Shown: positions 59,810 to 64,000 of the stretch, piece by piece
How positions within the stretch are numbered: the first letter of the stretch is position 1
Layout: every line of letters starts with the position of its first letter
NCBI RefSeq assembly: GCF_001194135.2
Contig: NC_068981.1
Location: 53,832,025 to 53,896,024 of the forward strand
Origin: Octopus bimaculoides
Taxonomy: Eukaryota
Length of the DNA stretch: 64,000 bases
Direction of reading: 5' to 3'
Translations under genes and position numbers: made by a program
Notes under the pieces: generated by a model
The model's input: the letters and a program-made list of their open reading frames with translations, nothing else
Databases searched by the model: none
Told to the model about the DNA's origin: nothing

Positions 59810-61150
59810 GTTTCTACTATAGGCTAGTTGATTTCATCGAACCCAGAGATGAAGTTGTACTTATTTCATCGACCCCGAATGCAGAAAGAATGAAGACAAA
59901 TTTCATTTCGGTGACATTTGAACTCAGAACGTGTGTCTGATATGCTAACGATTCTGCCGACTCGCTGCTAAATAATAATACTTTCTACTATAGGTACAAG
60001 GCCTTAAATTGTGGCGGAGTGGGCTAGTCGATTACATCGACCCCAGTGTGTCACTGGTACTTAATTTATCGAACCCAAAAAGATGAAAGGCAAAGTCGAC
60101 CTCGGCGGAATTTGAACTCAGAACGTAACGGCAGACGAAATACCATCAAACATACGTAAGATTGAGTGACTAGATATAAACAATCTTTCATGTTTTGTTT
60201 TATTCTCCGGAATTACTGGTATTGTGCTAAAAGTTTAAATCAACATTAATTGGCCGAAATAAGGTGGTGAGCTGGCAGAATCATAAGTACGGCGGGCAAA
60301 AAAATGCTTAGCGTTATTTCGTCCGTCTTTGCGTTCTGAGTTCAAATTCTGCAGAGGTCAACTTTGCCTTTCATGCTTTCAACGTCGATATATTGGGGTC
60401 ATGTATTGGGGTCGAATGTAATTAACTTACCCTTTACTCGCAATTGCTGGCCTTGTGCCAAAATTAGAAACCAATATTAATTAGTCGAAAATGTTATTCT
60501 GACATAGCCATTATATTGAAGTCAACTTTTGGCACAAGGCCAGCAGTTTTATATCGACCATATCGTCCAATGTTCAATTGCTACTTATTTTATCGAACCC
60601 GAAAGAATGAATGGCAAAGTCGACTTCGGCGGAATTTGAACGTAAGGAGCAGGAAGAAATGCCGCAAAACATTTTTTCAGATCCTCTAACGATTCAACCA
60701 GGTCACCGCGTTGACACTGCTCAATTAATCCTGAAATTTTGGAGAAGGGCGAAAGATGATTGCATTGACCTCAGTGCTTGACTAATATTTAATTTATCCA
60801 TTCCAAAAGGATGAAAGGCAAAGTCGACCTCGGCGGAATTTCAGCTCAGAACATAAAAAAGGAACGAAACATCTCTAAGCATTTTCTCCGGTGCGATTAC
60901 GATTCTGACAGCTCGCAGCCGTAAGATTGCCTAATTAATGGTTTCAGATTTTGGCACAGGTCCAGCAATTTCGGGGGAAGAGCTATGTCGATTACATTGA
61001 CCCGAGTATTCAACAGTTTACTTATTTTATTGACCCCCGAAAAAATGAAAGGCAACGTCAGCGGAATTTGAACTCAAAACATAAAGATGGACAAAATACC
61101 GTTAAGTAGTTTGTCCAATGCGGTAACGAGTCAGCCAGTTCACCGTCTTG
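59810..61150. mobile_element. Cluster of six SINE family A copies (five -, one + at ~60262-60475)
   Basis: Repeated GGATGAAAGGCAAAGTCGACCTCGGCGGAATTTGAACTCAGAAC at ~59890, 60080, 60605, 60810 and 61045, and in + orientation at ~60340. Confidence 0.88.
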
Positions 61151-61789
61151 TCAGTACTTGATTAAAGAAATGACTTATGTGCAAGTCTAATGGCGATCAA
61201 CCCGTGGTCAGCAATTTTTGTTGAGTATATAACTTTGTTCATTTTTAAGAGAGGATTTGTTAAAATTGTAAAAGAAAGAGTGCGATAGTTGAAGTTAGAG
61301 AAGCATTGTAATATAGTATACTGCAGTTGGCTTCACTTTGGTTTCGTGCTCTCAACTCCTGATAGAGTCAGAGGCGCCGTCATGGCACACGATGTGCCTT
61401 AGGTATTTTTGGACGGACCGCTTCACTTTTTTGGACCTGACCATAGTCGGTTTTTGCTTGAAAAAAAGAAAGATACTGCATTTATCGACTCTGAAAGGAT
61501 GAAATGCAATGTTGAACTCAGTGGGATTTTAACCCCTGACGCAGAGTAAAATATCGCAAAGCTATCTATCCGACGCTCTACCGTCTCGGCCAAGTTACCG
61601 TCTCGTATCGTACATCACATACAATCGAGGGTTCAATGAGACCCAGGCTAGCACAAAACCGAGCTTCCTGTCCTTGTTTGCTCTCTACAAATAATCTAAC
61701 ACCATCCCATCATTGTACAAGATCAATACTTTTATTATCCAGTAATGAGACCTCCAAGATCAATAGCTAGAAATTCTTCAGTCGTTACT

Positions 61790-62650
61790 GCTTGAAATAG
61801 CAGGCGAACCTCCCTCAAATCAAACCCGACTGTCCCTAAAAAATCACGCTGGGCAACGTTATATGTGTGTGTGTGTGTGTAAATATAAACAAGATAGTCA
61901 TGATGACTGGAATGTCTTTGATCACAGATTTGCTCGATCAAGTTTGACTTGGGTCTAAACAACAACAACAACAGTTTCCTGTTTGTAATAGACGGATATT
62001 GACACATCAAAAGTGCAGACCCCGATTTAAAACTACTTTAGAAAAAGCAAAGAAAATTCTATAAAAAGGAGAAGACAACTGACGCCAAGTCACTGCAGCT
62101 TCCCATAGTTGCAAACTTATTTATTCGCACGTAAAAACTTAATTGTACCAAAAAAGCGAATTCTAAAATCCCTATATTTCGAGAGTCATTGTTATTTTTG
62201 TTGTTGTTGTTGTTTAGATCCAGGCCAGCTTTGATCGAGCAAATCTATTATCAAAGGCATTCCATCTATGGCCATCTCTCTGATTGTGTGTGTGTGTGTG
62301 TGTGTGTGTGAGTGCGTACAGAGAATCCAAGAACATGCTTTTCAACATGTTCTTTTCTAAGACAGGACAATGGAAGTGTGGGGCTGAGAGATTTGGCTGC
62401 TATTTCAAGTAGGTCCGAGTAGCCACGTAGAGGCTCTCTTTTTATTGTTATTATTTTGTGCTTCCACCTCACCCCACCTCACCCACTCCGATCAGCTTTC
62501 ATTGAGCATCCCTACGAGGGAAGGCGTTCCATCTATGGCCATTGTGTCTTTTCCCCTAGCACAGTGCATCAATGACAATCTGTCCTTCTTTTCTAAGACG
62601 ATTAGGTGTGATTGGAGGAAACTTAGCCGCAGTTTTTGGTACGTCTATTG
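61790..62650. repeat. Copies of a dispersed short repeat (family F; also at ~2320-2530, 21590, 40420-40620, 53910, 56420, 62980)
   Basis: Shared motifs GCTTTGATCGAGCA...ATCAAAGGCATTCCA and GATTTGGCTGCTATTTC.AG.AGGTC; class not determinable. Confidence 0.6.
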
Positions 62651-63494
62651 ACTACGGTGTAACTCCATTGTAAGGCCGTCTTGAAAGCATTATACCCCCT
62701 GCTTCCCGATCAAAGCAATGCACTGGAGACCCTACACACACAACCACAGCATACCTAGATTAGCATTGGATCCCTTCACTCTTGGTTCCCACTTTGGTGA
62801 TTGTCTCTTATGCCCATGCCTTAAGACGGTACTGTCCCCTAGTTGTCTAATTTTCTCTCGTTACTTACGAGTTGCCTTGATAGAGCTGATCAAAAGAGTT
62901 CCAGCTGTTGCAACACTGTCATATTTTCAGGAACAGTGCCTCTAAGAATATATTTTACAATGTCCCCTTCCTTCCGTTTAAGACAGTAGAATGTAATTTG
63001 AGGGAAATTCGCCTATTTTTCTAATAAATCGAATGACTGGATAGCAACTCACTCCACTGGGGCACTTTTATTTTTTCATCTAGTCTTTATCATAGGCAGT
63101 TTATGGAATAGTACTGATCTTGTTATTTGTAATTCTTTACCACACAACCTACAAAACAAGGACGACTCCAAAACGCAGTGCACAAGTTAACACGTCAAAT
63201 ACATAACTAAACAGAACTACAGCGAGTATTCTCGGTACTAAACCTAGAGGAACAGTGTAATAAATCGTTACCAAGGCTGGTTATACTGTACCAATCGTAC
63301 AAATATAAGATCATGACCATAACCACACTAAAAAGTGGACAGTGGCTAAAACTGCATCTAGACCATTTCCTTTCTGTAAATTGAACACTGATTAATCTTG
63401 ACCGCTGGTATAAAAATTATTTTCTTGTTGGTATTTGTATAAATTTGTAATCTGCATAACAACAACAACAACAACAACAACAACAATAATAATA

Positions 63495-64000
63495 ATACTT
63501 TCTACTATAAGCACAAGGTCTGAAATTTTGGGTGAGGGGATAAGTCGATCACATCGATCCCAGTGCGTAACTAGAACTATTTCATCGCCCTCGAAAGGAT
63601 GAAAGGCAAAATCGACCTCGGTGGAATTTTAACTCAGAACGTAGCGACAGACGAAATTCCGATAAGTATTTCACCTGACGTGCTAACGATTCTTCAAGCT
63701 CGCCGTCTTTAATAATAACGATGATAATAATAATACTTTCTACTATAGGCACATGGCCTGAAATTTTTGGGGGAGGGGGATTAGTCGATTACATCGACCC
63801 CAGTGCTCAGCTGGTACTTATTTCATCGACCTCGGAAAGATGAAAGACAAAGTCGACCTCGGCTGAATTTGAACTCAGAACGTACAGACGGGTGAAATAC
63901 AGCTAAGCATTTTGCCCGGCGTGCTAACGGTTCTGCCAACTCGCTGTCTTTAATAATATTTTCTACTCTAGGCACAAGGCCTGAAATTTTGGGGGAGGAG
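63495..64000 (-). mobile_element. Three head-to-tail SINE family A copies (last one cut by the window end)
   Basis: Units start with TACTTTCTACTATA.GCAC at ~63495 and 63735, and TTTTCTACTCTAGGCAC at ~63960. Confidence 0.9.

Noticed and set aside
1-64000. CRISPR arrays, operons, rRNA, C/D-box snoRNAs
   Set aside because: Eukaryotic repeat-rich DNA with no regularly spaced repeat-spacer array. ATGATGA hits (13814, 17770, 55134) lack a matching terminal CTGA and stem.

Overview
AT-rich, repeat-dense animal genomic DNA from a gapped short-read scaffold (8 N-gaps). The repeat families resemble those of Octopus/coleoid cephalopods (inference from recognition, no search run). No complete, recognisable protein-coding gene is present, and most ORF-track entries are artefacts of gaps, microsatellites or repeats. 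The window looks mainly intronic/intergenic. It carries: ~15 3'-end fragments of an abundant RTE-clade LINE with a (GAT)n tail, plus two RT-coding fragments; a separate decayed BovB/RTE-1-like LINE; several tRNA-derived SINE families, including a dense CpG-intact cluster at 59.8-64 kb; a decayed MULE transposase; a probable solo LTR; hAT- and piggyBac-type MITEs; and two long fold-back elements. The most notable signal is a set of four near-complete minimal type I hammerhead ribozyme motifs (23601-23644 +, 28017-28094 -, 35787-35858 +, 41686-41748 +). Two half-motifs sit in a fold-back at 12.8-13.0 kb and a decayed copy lies at 48.3 kb. These are typical of Penelope-like/retrozyme terminal repeats. 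There is also a compact NRF1+ETS site flanked by two outward-facing splice donors (~21.3-21.4 kb) inside a CpG-retaining domain. A few small candidate exons on the + strand could not be assigned to any gene.
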